A stretch of 64,000 nt of DNA from Planctomycetota bacterium (lineage in GTDB: Bacteria > Planctomycetota > UBA1135 > UBA2386): the NCBI GenBank assembly GCA_947444055.1, contig CANEYR010000004.1, forward strand, positions 39,820 to 103,819, read 5' to 3'. Below are positions 46,022-56,140 of the stretch, piece by piece. Under the pieces are notes generated by a model. That model worked only from the letters and a program-made list of their open reading frames with translations, searched no databases and was not told the DNA's origin. Each line of letters opens with the position of its first letter. Position 1 is the stretch's first letter. Made by a program: the position numbers and the translations under genes.

Positions 46022-47077
46022 ATGAACATCCACCCACGAGTCTCCATCGCCCTACCGTTGCTCGCCGCCCTCTGCACGGCTGGCGTCGCATCGACGCAAA
46101 GTCTGTCTGGCGAACAGAAGCCCGCGGCGCCCGTCCCGCACCACGATCCCTACTTTCAGCAACCCGGGGGCAAGTCGACTGCGCAAATGCCGCGGGTGAT
46201 CATCCGCAACATCCGTGAGGATCGCGCTGGCGCGATCTGGTTCGCGACGTTCGGTGGCCCGATCCGATATGACGGTAAGACCTTCACCAACTTCGCAGCC
46301 GAAGTGGGTCTGGCGAACACGCGCGTGTTCTCCCTGTTGGAAGATCGAACTGGCGCGCTCTGGTTCGGGTCCATCACCGACGGCGTCTCGCGCTACGACG
46401 GCAAGTCCTTCACCAAGTTCACCACCAAAGAGGGCCTGGCCAACAACGACGTGCTTTGGATCTTCGAAGACCGCGATGCGAGGATCTGGTTTGGCACCAA
46501 CAAGGGAGTCAGTCGTTACGACGGGAAGTCGATGGTGAACTTCACCACCAAGGATGGGCTCATCCACGACTCGGTCTATGCGATTGCGCAGGACGTTTCG
46601 GGACGGATCTGGTTTGGAACGCAGGGCGGCATCTGCTCGTACGACGGGAAGTCGTTCGTCGATTTCGCCGCCCAGGCCGGCCGATCGTTCGTGAACATCC
46701 GAGCGATCGGCGTGGGCCAGTCCGGGGACCTTTGGTTCGGCGGCCAAGAGGGGGCCTACCGTTTTGACGGCAAGACGCTGACGATGTTCACGGCCAAGAA
46801 CGGGCTGCTGGCGGACTTCGTCGGTTCGATTCTGGTCGATCGGGCGGGCAACGTCTGGATGGGGCATCCCGATATGGCCGGCGGCGGCGCGAGCCACTAT
46901 TCCGGCAAGACCTTCAAGCACTTCACCCAGAAGGACGGTCTCAACAGCACCAACGTCTACTGCATCTTCGAAGACAAGGCCGGTGGCATTTGGTTCGGCA
47001 GTGTCGACGCGGGCGCATGTCGCTACGACGGCAAGACCTTCACCAACTTCTCCGCCAACGCGTCGACCGGGAAGTGA
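46022..47077 (+). CDS. Secreted beta-propeller protein with two-component-regulator-propeller type repeats
   Basis: Signal peptide MNIHPRVSIALPLLAALCTAGVAS. At least 7 repeats of the form IWFGT..G(V/I)SRYDGK(S/T)FTNFT.KDGL. Confidence 0.8.
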   Translation: MNIHPRVSIALPLLAALCTAGVASTQSLSGEQKPAAPVPHHDPYFQQPGGKSTAQMPRVIIRNIREDRAGAIWFATFGGPIRYDGKTFTNFAAEVGLANTRVFSLLEDRTGALWFGSITDGVSRYDGKSFTKFTTKEGLANNDVLWIFEDRDARIWFGTNKGVSRYDGKSMVNFTTKDGLIHDSVYAIAQDVSGRIWFGTQGGICSYDGKSFVDFAAQAGRSFVNIRAIGVGQSGDLWFGGQEGAYRFDGKTLTMFTAKNGLLADFVGSILVDRAGNVWMGHPDMAGGGASHYSGKTFKHFTQKDGLNSTNVYCIFEDKAGGIWFGSVDAGACRYDGKTFTNFSANASTGK

Positions 47078-47146
47078 ACCGCGCCCTCGCGACGGAAACG
47101 GGCACGACGTCGGACACGATCCGCGGCGAGTTCGTGGTGCTGTTGC

Positions 47147-48460
47147 CTACGCGTCGCGCAGCAAGCGCACCGAGGTCGCTTGGAAGCGCGTCTCGGGCGG
47201 CCAGAAGTTGCGGTAGGCGAGGCGTGCTTGCGATCGTGGCGTCGCGAACGAACCACCGCGCAGGACGCGCTGGTTGTCCATGAACTTGCCGTTGTACTCC
47301 ATCAAGGCGCCCGGGAACGGCCGGTAGCCTGGGTACGGCTCGTAGTGGCTCTGCGTCCATTCCCACGCATCGCCCAGCATCTGCCGCAGACCGCGCCGGT
47401 CGCTCGTCGGCAAGACGTCGAGCGCGTTCGCACCGAGTTCGCCGTTGGTTCCGTCATCGAGCAAGTTGGCCGGCTCGCGCTCGGCACCGCTGTGTCGCGC
47501 CGCGTGCTCCCACTCACTCTCGCGCGGCAAGCGAGCGTGCTGCCAGGCCGAGAACTGCTCCCCATACCAGCGCGCGAAGGCGTCGGCTTCGTAGAACGAC
47601 ACATGGCACACGGGGTCGTCAGGGTGCACCGCGACGAGGCCGCGCAGGGTGAAGCGATGCCAGTGCTCGTCGATGCGTTGCCAGTACAGCGGCGCTTGCC
47701 AACCGCGTTGCTGCACTGCTTGCCAACCGTTCGAGAGCCACAACAAGGGTCGCTGGTAACCGCCGTCGTCGACGAACGCCTGCCACTCCGCGTTGGTGAT
47801 GAGGCGATCGCCGAGGGCGAAATCGCCGACGAGCGTCGCATGCGCGGGCAGTTCGTTATCCCAGCAAAAGCCTTCACCCTGGTGACCTAGCTGGCTCGAA
47901 GCCTTGGCGAACGCAATCGGCCGCAGCGCTGCGGGCGAAGGCTCGTGGGTTCGCTTGGCTGATGCCGCCGCATAGGCTTGCCGCAGTTCCGTTGGTGCCG
48001 ACCAGCGAATGTGCAGGATCTCGGTCAAGAACAGTTCCTGGTGCTGCTGCTCGTGCTCGATGCCGATCGTCACGATCTTCGCAATTTCGGCGAGGTCGTG
48101 GTCGGTGGCGACAGCGAGCAGTTCGAGCATCGCTGCGTCGATCGTGCGTCGGTACGACCACACGGAGTCCGTCGATGGCTGCGCCACGAGCAGACGCTGG
48201 GCGCGCGGCAGGCGCGGACCGAGGCCTTCGTAGTAGCTGTTGAAGGTGAAGTCGAAGCCAGCAAAACCGTCGACGTCGAGGCGCTGGGGGCGCAGCACGT
48301 TGGCGAGGAAGAACCAACTGGTGTGACCGAGGGTCCAGTACGGCGGGCTGACGTCGGGCATCGACTGGCAGCGGAAGTCCTCGGGCAGCAGCGCTCGCAT
48401 CAGCCGTTCGGTCGTGCTGCGCACGGTGCGAAAGCGGGCGATCAGGTCCTCGCGGTTCAT
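47147..48460 (-). CDS. egtB: EgtB-like sulfoxide synthase (DinB_2 plus FGE-sulfatase domains)
   Basis: YWTLGHTSWFF, IGIEHEQQHQELFLTEILH, GDAWEWTQSHYEPYPGYRP...RVLRGGSFATP. Confidence 0.85.
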   Translation of the reverse strand: MNREDLIARFRTVRSTTERLMRALLPEDFRCQSMPDVSPPYWTLGHTSWFFLANVLRPQRLDVDGFAGFDFTFNSYYEGLGPRLPRAQRLLVAQPSTDSVWSYRRTIDAAMLELLAVATDHDLAEIAKIVTIGIEHEQQHQELFLTEILHIRWSAPTELRQAYAAASAKRTHEPSPAALRPIAFAKASSQLGHQGEGFCWDNELPAHATLVGDFALGDRLITNAEWQAFVDDGGYQRPLLWLSNGWQAVQQRGWQAPLYWQRIDEHWHRFTLRGLVAVHPDDPVCHVSFYEADAFARWYGEQFSAWQHARLPRESEWEHAARHSGAEREPANLLDDGTNGELGANALDVLPTSDRRGLRQMLGDAWEWTQSHYEPYPGYRPFPGALMEYNGKFMDNQRVLRGGSFATPRSQARLAYRNFWPPETRFQATSVRLLRDA

Positions 48461-48531
48461 CGGAGGACTCTACTCAGGGGCGCTTGGGCGAGCCCCGCAA
48501 TTGCTGCGCGGCGGCGGCCAGGATGCGCATC

Positions 48532-50637
48532 TCACTTCAACGTCTGCCACAAGAACGCGTAGGCCAGCGCCGCCATGAACGCCGCCTGCTTGTTGTCCGC
48601 CGCACCACCGTGCCCGCCCTCGATGTTCTCGTAGTAGAGGACGTCGTGCTTCTGCTCGACCATGCGCGCCATCATTTTGCGAGCGTGGCCAGGATGGACG
48701 CGGTCATCGCGCGTCGAAGTCGTGAACAGCACCTTTGGATAGAACGTGTCGGAGTGCAGGTTGTGGTACGGCGAGAACTTCTGCAGCCACGTCCACTCCG
48801 TGGCATTGTCGGGGTCGCCGTACTCTCCCATCCACGACGCGCCGGCCAGCAACTTGTGGTAGCGCTGCATGTCGAGCAGCGGCACCTGGCAGACGACCGC
48901 GCCGAACAGGCCTGGGTAGCGCGTGAACATGTTGCCCATCAACAAGCCGCCGTTGCTGCCGCCTTGAATGCCGAGGTGTTTCGTCGTGGTGATTTTCTGC
49001 GCGATCAAGTCCTCGGCGACCGCCGCGAAGTCTTCGTAGCACTTGTGGCGATTCTGCTTCAGCGCCGCTTGGTGCCACTTCGGGCCGAACTCGCCGCCGC
49101 CGCGAATGTTGGCGACGGCATAGACGCCGCCCTTCTGCAACCAGGAGGTGCCGACGGTGGCGCTGTAGCTCGGCGTCAGGGACACCTCGAAACCGCCGTA
49201 GCCGTAGAGCAGCGTCGGGTTCTTGCCGGTGCGCTCGATGCCCTTCTTCATCACCAGGAAGTACGGAATGCGCGCGCCGTCCTTCGACAGCGCTTGGCGC
49301 TGTTCGACCGCGAGCCCGGCGGTGTCGAAGAAGGCGGGCAGACTCTTCAGCGTCTCGGCCGGACCCTTGCCGATGGTGCCGCGCTGCAGACTAGTCGGCG
49401 TCAGGTAATCGGTGATGGTGAGGAAGTAGTCATCGCCCTCTTCGTCATCGATGGCGCTCGCACTGATCGTGCCGAACTCCGGCAGTCCAGCCAAGGCTTC
49501 GCGCTGCCAGACACCGTCCTTGTGCGTCAGCACGAACACGCGGCTCTTCACCTCGTCGAGCACTGTCAGCAGGATGTGGTTCTTGGTGCCTGAGTAGCCG
49601 CTCAAGGAGGAGCGCTCGGTGGGTGCGAACAACACGTCGAACGTGCGTTCTCCCGCGAGATACGACTCCAGCTTGCACGCGAGCAGCGAACCACCAGCGA
49701 AGGTCTTGCCGCCGACTTGCCATGGCTCGCGCAGTTCGAGCAGCAGCCACTCGCGATGGGCACCGGCGTTGGCGCTGTCGGGCTTGTCGAGTTTGACCGG
49801 CTTGCCATCGCGCAGCAGGAACACTTCGTTGGTGTAGAAGGTGACGCCGCGGTAGACGAAGTCGCGTTCGAAGCCCTTGGTCTGATCGCGGTAGGCGTGC
49901 ACGAACACGTCTTCGGTCTTGCCTTCGGCGACCGTGGTCGCCGACGACAGCGGGGTGCCGCGCTGCCACAGCTTGACGACGCGCGGATAGCCCGACGCCG
50001 TCATCGACCCTTCGCCGAAGTTGGTCGCCACGTAGATCGAATCGCGATCGCGCCACGAGACTTGGCCCTTGGCCTCGGGCAGGGCGAAGCCGTTCGCGAC
50101 GAACTGCTTCGTCGTCATGTCGAACTCGCGCACGACCGACGCATCGGCGCCGCCGCGCGACAACGACAGCAACACGCGCGTGCGATCGGGCAACAACCAC
50201 GAGGCGCCGTGCCATACCCAGTTCTCTTTCTCCTGCTTGCCTAGCGCGTCGAGATCGAGCACCAGGTCCCACTGCGGCTCGGCCTTGCGGTATTCGGCGA
50301 GTGTGGTGCGGCGCCATAGGCCGCGTGGGTTCTTGGCATCCTGCCAGAAGTTGTAGAGATGCTCGCCGTGCTTGCCGACGTAGGGAATGCGCGCGTCGCT
50401 GTCGAGAATGGCCAGGATGCCAGCCTGTAGCTGCTGGAATTGCTCGCTGCCGGTGAGCGCCTTCTGGCTCTCAGCATTGCGCGCGCGCACCCAGTCGAGC
50501 GCCTTGTCGCCGGTGACGTCTTCGAGCCAGAGGTATGGATCGGTCGGGGCGGCCTTGGGCTCTTGCGGCATCGTGGATCGGGCGGGCAGAGAAACAACGA
50601 CGGCGAACGTGGCCATCGCCAGGGTAGTGAGTGGCAT
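48532..50637 (-). CDS. Prolyl oligopeptidase family (S9A) serine peptidase, secreted
   Basis: DPYLWLEDV...ALDWV, GGSNGGLLMG (catalytic Ser), DDRVHPGHARK. Signal-peptide-like start MPLTTLAMATFAVVVSLPA at 50637. Confidence 0.9.
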   Translation of the reverse strand: MPLTTLAMATFAVVVSLPARSTMPQEPKAAPTDPYLWLEDVTGDKALDWVRARNAESQKALTGSEQFQQLQAGILAILDSDARIPYVGKHGEHLYNFWQDAKNPRGLWRRTTLAEYRKAEPQWDLVLDLDALGKQEKENWVWHGASWLLPDRTRVLLSLSRGGADASVVREFDMTTKQFVANGFALPEAKGQVSWRDRDSIYVATNFGEGSMTASGYPRVVKLWQRGTPLSSATTVAEGKTEDVFVHAYRDQTKGFERDFVYRGVTFYTNEVFLLRDGKPVKLDKPDSANAGAHREWLLLELREPWQVGGKTFAGGSLLACKLESYLAGERTFDVLFAPTERSSLSGYSGTKNHILLTVLDEVKSRVFVLTHKDGVWQREALAGLPEFGTISASAIDDEEGDDYFLTITDYLTPTSLQRGTIGKGPAETLKSLPAFFDTAGLAVEQRQALSKDGARIPYFLVMKKGIERTGKNPTLLYGYGGFEVSLTPSYSATVGTSWLQKGGVYAVANIRGGGEFGPKWHQAALKQNRHKCYEDFAAVAEDLIAQKITTTKHLGIQGGSNGGLLMGNMFTRYPGLFGAVVCQVPLLDMQRYHKLLAGASWMGEYGDPDNATEWTWLQKFSPYHNLHSDTFYPKVLFTTSTRDDRVHPGHARKMMARMVEQKHDVLYYENIEGGHGGAADNKQAAFMAALAYAFLWQTLK

Positions 50638-50785
50638 TCGGGGCTCCAGCCAGGAAGGTAGCGGTGGGCGGCTGCGCCGACCATCGCTCGCCATACGGGC
50701 AACCTGCAAGAACGGCTGGCGCAACTTGTCTTGGCGCGTGCAAGCGAGGCCGGTGCATGGCTACGCTCCGCGCTGCGGTCAGGGC

Positions 50786-51940
50786 ATGCTGCGAATACCA
50801 CTCGAAGCAGCGCCAGCGCTTGCGGCGCCGGCGTGGATCGATATCGATCTCGATGCGATTGCGCACAACGTGCGCGCGTTTCGTCGTCTGCTGGCGCCGT
50901 CCTGCCGTCTGGTTGCGGTGGTCAAAGCCAATGCCTATGGCCACGGCATGGTGCGAGTGGCGCGCACCGCCCTGGCCCATGGTGCGGTCGAACTGGCGGT
51001 GGCGAACGTGCACGAAGGGGCGCACCTGCGTGACGCCGGCATCACCCAGCCGATCCTCATCGCCGGACCCGTGGCGCCGAGCGAAGCCTCGGCGGTGGTG
51101 CAGCATGCCTTGGTGCCGAGCCTTGGCAGCGTCGAGTTGGCGCGGGCCTTGGCGAACGCATCGCGGCGCTACTTGCCCGTGCACATCGAAGTCGACACCG
51201 GCATGGCGCGGCACGGTGTGCCGGCGACCTCGTTGGCACCGTTCGTCGACAGCATCGGGCGGCGAGGGCGGCTGGCAATCGCCGGTGTGTTCACCCATTT
51301 CGCGGCGAGCTCCCTTGCCGAGGAAGCGAGCATGCGCGACCAGTTGGCGACGTTCACCGCCGCGGTCGATGGCGTGCGCGAGTTGCGTTCGGTGCCTCGG
51401 CACGCGTGCAACACTCTCGGTGCGCTGGTGCTGACGAAGGCTCACCTCGATGCCGTGCGCGTCGGCGGCGGCCTCTACGGCTTCGATCCCTTGCTCGGGC
51501 GCGGTGCCGTCGATCTGCGCCCGGCGCTGTCACTGAAGGCGCGGCTGTTGAGTGTGCGCGAGGTGCCGGCGGGTGCGCCGGTCGGTTACGGCGGCACCTT
51601 CGTCTGCACGCGCCCTTCACGGCTCGGCCTCGTGCCACTCGGTTACGCCGACGGGCTCGTGCGCGAACTGTGGAACGGCGGCTCGGTCCTGGTGCGTGGT
51701 GTGCGCGCGCCGATCGTCGGTGTCGTCAGCATGAACCAAACCGTGGTCGACGTGACGGACGTGCCCGCCGCCATGCATGGTGACGAGGTGGTCCTGCTCG
51801 GTGCGCAGGGCGATCAATGTGTGCGGGCCGAGGAGCGCGTGCGGGCCGGTGGGTCGGTCTACGAAGTGACGGCGTTGCTGCGCTCGAGTCTGCCGCGGCG
51901 GTATCTCAGCAGCTCGGTGCTGGCGGGGCGTATCAGCTGA
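50786..51940 (+). CDS. alr: Alanine racemase
   Basis: AWIDIDLDAIAHNVR...AVVKANAYGHG (PLP lysine)...PLGYADG. ATG at 50786 lies inside track ORF 50387..51940. Confidence 0.93.
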   Translation: MLRIPLEAAPALAAPAWIDIDLDAIAHNVRAFRRLLAPSCRLVAVVKANAYGHGMVRVARTALAHGAVELAVANVHEGAHLRDAGITQPILIAGPVAPSEASAVVQHALVPSLGSVELARALANASRRYLPVHIEVDTGMARHGVPATSLAPFVDSIGRRGRLAIAGVFTHFAASSLAEEASMRDQLATFTAAVDGVRELRSVPRHACNTLGALVLTKAHLDAVRVGGGLYGFDPLLGRGAVDLRPALSLKARLLSVREVPAGAPVGYGGTFVCTRPSRLGLVPLGYADGLVRELWNGGSVLVRGVRAPIVGVVSMNQTVVDVTDVPAAMHGDEVVLLGAQGDQCVRAEERVRAGGSVYEVTALLRSSLPRRYLSSSVLAGRIS

Positions 51941-51989
51941 TCGCCACGTGGGGCCGGGCCCCGCTCGCGAAGAAAAACACACGGCCCGC

Positions 51990-52106
51990 AAAGGTGAGAT
52001 CCACCAGGCACCCCGGGCACAAGAAGCCGCACGCTTATGGCTGCTTCCTTCCGGACCTGACCAGGTTCACGCCGCCCCCTTGCTCGGGACCCGGCAGACC
52101 CCACCT
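51990..52106 (-). ncRNA. ffs: Signal recognition particle RNA (small 4.5S type); ends approximate
   Basis: The minus strand contains CCUGGUCAGGUCCGGAAGGAAGCAGCCA (52039-52065 on the plus strand). This is the conserved domain IV with its GGAA tetraloop. Flanking arms can pair (AGGTG/CACCT, CCGGG/CCCGG, CAAG/CTTG). A T-run follows at about 51973. Confidence 0.75.
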
Positions 52107-52124
52107 TCGCGAGCCGTGCGAAAC

Positions 52125-52215
52125 TGGCGGAGAGGGGGGGATTCGAACCCCCGGCAACCTTGTGGGCTGCACTCGCTTTCCAAGCGAGCTCCTTGAGCCG
52201 CTCGGTCACCTCTCC
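52125..52215 (-). tRNA. tRNA-Ser (anticodon GGA), CCA encoded
   Basis: The reverse complement reads GGAGAGGTGACCGAGCGGCTCAAGGAGCTCGC-TTGGAAA-GCGAG..., with a long variable arm, then GGGGGTTCGAATCCCCCCCTCTCCGCCA. Confidence 0.92.
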
Positions 52216-52372
52216 ACGCAGCCGCTTGCTCGCCCGAAGGCGCCTGGGCGGATGAATGGGACGAGCCTTGTAGCCGCGCTGCGCAGCCGGTGCAACGGGT
52301 TCGTTGCGCGGCTCGCGGGTTCCGGGACCACCGGTCTTTCGCGCGTCCGCCGCAGTCGGCACACTGGCTGGC

Positions 52373-54133
52373 ATGGCGGCAGCAAGCGACAGGACGGAGG
52401 ACGGTTCCTACCAGGTCGTGGCCCGGCGGTTTCGACCGATCACCTTCCAAGAATTGGTTGGCCAGGATGAGGTGCTGCAGTCCCTGCGGGCGGCCTTGCA
52501 GCAAGGGCGCGTGCCGCATGCCTTCTTGTTCTCGGGCAGCCGCGGCGTCGGCAAGACGACCTCGGCGCGCATCCTGGCGCGCTGCCTGAACTGCGAGCAG
52601 GGGCCGACGCCCGAACCGTGCGGCGCCTGTGTCCAGTGCAAGTCGATCTTGGCGGGCAGCAACCCCGATGTGATGGAGATCGATGCCGCCTCCAACAATT
52701 TAGTCGACGACGTCCGGCGGCTGCGGGAGAGCGTTGGCTTTGCGACGATGACGTCCCGCTACCGCGTCGTCATTCTCGACGAAGCGCACATGATGACGAA
52801 GAGCGCGTTCAACGCGTTCTTGAAGACCCTCGAAGAGCCGCCGCCGCGGGTCGTCTTCGTGCTGGCGACGACCGAACTGCACAAGGTGCCGGAGACGATC
52901 CGCTCGCGCTGCCAGGTGCTGCTGTTTCGCCGGGTCGGCGAACAGGACCTGCACAAGCGTCTGCGCATGATCGCTGACCGCGAGCAGGTGCTGATCCCCG
53001 ACGAGGTGCTGATGGAGATTGCGGCGTCCGTGCGCGGTGGTGTGCGCGATGCCGAGACCGCCCTCGAGCGGGTGCTGCCGTTGGCGCGCAATCTCGGCAA
53101 GGCGTTCGATCTCGCGGCGTACCGCTCGCTGGTGGCGCGCGTTGGTCTGGATGCGACCGTGGCGGTGGTGGAGCAGTTGGTGGCCGGCGATGCGAAAGCG
53201 GGGCTGCACTTCGCGCGCGAAATGCAGCAGCAAGGCACGGACGAACGGGAAGCGCTCGGCGAACTGGTCGAAGTGCTGCGGTGGTGCATGCTGCTCAAGG
53301 TCGATGGCGCCGAGTCCAGCTTGGTGCCGGTGATGGGCACGTTGCGTGAGCGCATGCAGCAGCTGGCGACGGCGGTCGAGCCGCATCGCTTGGATGCGAT
53401 GATCAGTGCGGGTCTGTTGGGACGGGAACGGTTGCGTCGCCTCGAAGACCGCGGCGTCGTGTTCGAAGTGTCGCTCGTGCGCATGGCGCAAGCGGGCCTG
53501 CTGCCGACCCTGGCGGATCTGTTGGCCGAAGTGCGCGCTGGTGGTGGCGTGGCACCGGTTGCAACGGGGCGAAGGCCGAGTGGGGCGCCGAGTGGGGCGC
53601 CGTCACGGGCCACGGCGCCGTCGATGGGTTCACCGGCAGCGAGTCCCGCGAGCAGGCCGATGGCTGCCGTCGCCGCGCCGACGGATTTGCGTGGGCGCAC
53701 TATGGTCGCGCTGAAAGACCGCGGACTGCTGCGGGCCACGATGGAGTTCTGCCGCGTCGATGGCCCCGACCAGAACAACGTTGTCGTCGTCACCTTGATG
53801 ACCGACAGCAAGATGCATCGCGACCGCTTGGTGTCGAACGAAGTGAAGAACGATCTAGCGAGAACGATCCGCGAAGCGGCTGGCCGTGACGTGAAGGTCG
53901 AATGGCGGCTGCCGGAGTTGGGTGCGAGTAACGCTGCGGCGGCGGCGCCGCCGCCACCCAAGCACGATCCTGGGGTCGCGACCAAGCGCGTGTTGGAAAC
54001 CTTTGGCGGCCGCGTCGTTCAGGTCAATCCGGAAGACCGCGCCAAGCCTGAGGCGGCGCCGAGTCAGCCCGTCGATAGCGACGCCGAGGCGCCGCCGCCT
54101 GACGAGCCGCCGTTGCCGAACATGCAGGAGTGA
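52373..54133 (+). CDS. dnaX: DNA polymerase III subunit gamma/tau
   Basis: RFRPITFQELVGQDEV, GSRGVGKTT, zinc module CGACVQC, ILDEAHM, SRCQ. Confidence 0.95.
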   Translation: MAAASDRTEDGSYQVVARRFRPITFQELVGQDEVLQSLRAALQQGRVPHAFLFSGSRGVGKTTSARILARCLNCEQGPTPEPCGACVQCKSILAGSNPDVMEIDAASNNLVDDVRRLRESVGFATMTSRYRVVILDEAHMMTKSAFNAFLKTLEEPPPRVVFVLATTELHKVPETIRSRCQVLLFRRVGEQDLHKRLRMIADREQVLIPDEVLMEIAASVRGGVRDAETALERVLPLARNLGKAFDLAAYRSLVARVGLDATVAVVEQLVAGDAKAGLHFAREMQQQGTDEREALGELVEVLRWCMLLKVDGAESSLVPVMGTLRERMQQLATAVEPHRLDAMISAGLLGRERLRRLEDRGVVFEVSLVRMAQAGLLPTLADLLAEVRAGGGVAPVATGRRPSGAPSGAPSRATAPSMGSPAASPASRPMAAVAAPTDLRGRTMVALKDRGLLRATMEFCRVDGPDQNNVVVVTLMTDSKMHRDRLVSNEVKNDLARTIREAAGRDVKVEWRLPELGASNAAAAAPPPPKHDPGVATKRVLETFGGRVVQVNPEDRAKPEAAPSQPVDSDAEAPPPDEPPLPNMQE

Positions 54134-54196
54134 GGTCGGCGGCGTGTGTGGGCGCGCGGCTGCCCAGCGCGAACTGGGCTGCGAGCCGCCGGCGAA

Positions 54197-56140
54197 TCAA
54201 TTCAAGCCGACGGTGTGCTTGATCGCGTTGCTCGAGACCGTGATCAGGTCCGGCCCACCGAACAATCCATCGAGCGCCACGAACTGGGCGAAGAACTGCG
54301 AGCCTTCGAAGCCGTGCGGGACGACGAACGGCACCGTGCCGACCGCGGTCGAGGCCGGCAGGATGAACACCTGCCACAGCAGGGCGCCGGTGGTCGTGCT
54401 CAGCATGCAGCCGGGGGCGGTGATGGTCGGGAACTGCAGACCAGGTTGGGTGCCGCCGACGTCGAGCAGTTGGGCGCCGAGGATCGTGCCCACTGGCACG
54501 TTGGTCGCGTTCCACGTCATCGTTTGGCCGCCATACATGCGACCGCCATATTGCAGGCCGCCGAGGTTGGGGGTGGCGAGGGCGACTTGGCCAACATTGC
54601 CTTGACCACCTTCAGGCTTGGTCGAGAACGGCACTTCGATGGACAGGTCGCGGCTTTGCGGGTTGGCGGCGTTGGGGCCGACGCCAGCGAGCGTGCGACC
54701 TGGCGAGAAGCCGACAATCGTCGAAAAGCATTCGGCGGTTACCGTCGACGCGGTCGCAAAGGCTGGCACGTTGCCGTAGCGGAACTGCACGATGCCGGTG
54801 CCTTCATGCAGCACCATCTGGAAGGTCCAGTTGGCGTGCCCTTGCACACCGCCACCGGTGACGACGTTGAACTCACTGACATCCCACCAGGTGACGTAGC
54901 ACACGGCGTTGCCGGCCCCGCCGGACGTGTCGGTCTTGACGTGCATGCCACACAGCGAGTTGAGGCCGAAGTTGCGCAGCATGTTGAGGTCCTTCCAGAA
55001 GATCGCCAACCGGGCGCCGCTGTAGGTGGGCAACGCGCTGGCCGGGTCGCCGAGCAGACGGGCCGCCAAGGCTGCGAACGCGCTATTGGTCATCGTCGCG
55101 TCGAGCCAAACGAAGCCATTCGTGCTGGCCACGATGGTCGAGGTGGTGCCGCCTGGATAGTTGAACGGGAAGCCCAGTGCGTGAGTGAAGATCCCATCGT
55201 CGGCGGTTGCATCCGGCGTCGCGTTGACCTTGGTCAGGTCGACTGGTGGTGCGCCACCGGTGACGGTGTAGAGGGTCGGCGCGCTGGGGCTATTGGGCGT
55301 CATCGTCAAGCCGCCGCCGAGGTCGAACGCCTGGCCGTTGAGGAACCCTTGGTAGAAGCTCGAAGCCGAGCCACCGCACGCACCGCCGTAGAACTCATTG
55401 CGGGCTGGGATGATGGTGGCATGGCCACCGGCGCCGAGGAACTCGACGCCGACAAGTGGCGGGAGCACATTCAGGGTGCCGAGCGTGGCTGCCGACGCGC
55501 TCGCCGTGTTGCCCATGCCGCGGATCTGGGCGGTGGTGCCGGTGGTATTCGAAAACCCAGCCAGCCCAAGTGGTGCGGAGTTGGCCGGCGCCAATGGCAT
55601 GTCGATGTCGATCAGCAGGTTCGGTTGCGGTCCCGTCGGGTCGTAGAGCACCGCCAAGTTGAGCGCGATGACGTCGATCTCGATGGTCCAATTGTTGGGC
55701 ACGCTGCCCGCAGCGGGAGCAACGGTGACGGTCGTCGTGCCGAGCGTGCTCATCGTCGTGGAGTTGGGCAGCGCCGGCGTGCGATTGTCCTGGAAGGTCG
55801 CGCTCATCGAAGCGGCCGTCAGTGTTGTCGTGCCGATCTCGACCGTGACGCCGGTGTAGACCTGACCACCCAGGTTAATCTCACCATCTTCGGTGCGGAA
55901 CTTGATCTTCGAGATCAACACGGGGCCCGCGACGTTGCCCTTGCCCGTGAAGTGGCTGCCTTCATAGAGAACCTGGAAGCGGCCGGGGCCATTGCGCCAC
56001 CACAGCGTCGAGCCACTGTTGCCGGTCTGTGCTGGGTTCTCAGAGAGATGGTGGTAGTCGGGCAGCGTGATTTGCTGGGCGACGAGGCCGCTCGCGAAGA
56101 GCGCGAGTGACAGGAGGGTACGGGTCGTTTGCGAGGCCAT
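54197..56140 (-). CDS. Large secreted hypothetical protein with a NIDO-like domain and the shared C-terminal module
   Basis: Signal peptide MASQTTRTLLSLALFASGLVAQ. LAIFWKDLN...VCYVTWWDV...NWTFQMVLHEGTGIVQFRYGNV resembles the NIDO pattern (PFW.D...TW..V...NTFQ.VL). ATG at 56140 lies inside track ORF 54197..56434. Confidence 0.7.
   Translation of the reverse strand: MASQTTRTLLSLALFASGLVAQQITLPDYHHLSENPAQTGNSGSTLWWRNGPGRFQVLYEGSHFTGKGNVAGPVLISKIKFRTEDGEINLGGQVYTGVTVEIGTTTLTAASMSATFQDNRTPALPNSTTMSTLGTTTVTVAPAAGSVPNNWTIEIDVIALNLAVLYDPTGPQPNLLIDIDMPLAPANSAPLGLAGFSNTTGTTAQIRGMGNTASASAATLGTLNVLPPLVGVEFLGAGGHATIIPARNEFYGGACGGSASSFYQGFLNGQAFDLGGGLTMTPNSPSAPTLYTVTGGAPPVDLTKVNATPDATADDGIFTHALGFPFNYPGGTTSTIVASTNGFVWLDATMTNSAFAALAARLLGDPASALPTYSGARLAIFWKDLNMLRNFGLNSLCGMHVKTDTSGGAGNAVCYVTWWDVSEFNVVTGGGVQGHANWTFQMVLHEGTGIVQFRYGNVPAFATASTVTAECFSTIVGFSPGRTLAGVGPNAANPQSRDLSIEVPFSTKPEGGQGNVGQVALATPNLGGLQYGGRMYGGQTMTWNATNVPVGTILGAQLLDVGGTQPGLQFPTITAPGCMLSTTTGALLWQVFILPASTAVGTVPFVVPHGFEGSQFFAQFVALDGLFGGPDLITVSSNAIKHTVGLN

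Noticed and set aside
52373-54133. Looked for a programmed -1 frameshift site in dnaX (an A AAA AAG-type slippery heptamer producing gamma)
   Set aside because: I saw no A-rich heptamer or run of six or more A in the gene by eye. There is no support for frameshifting from the sequence alone.
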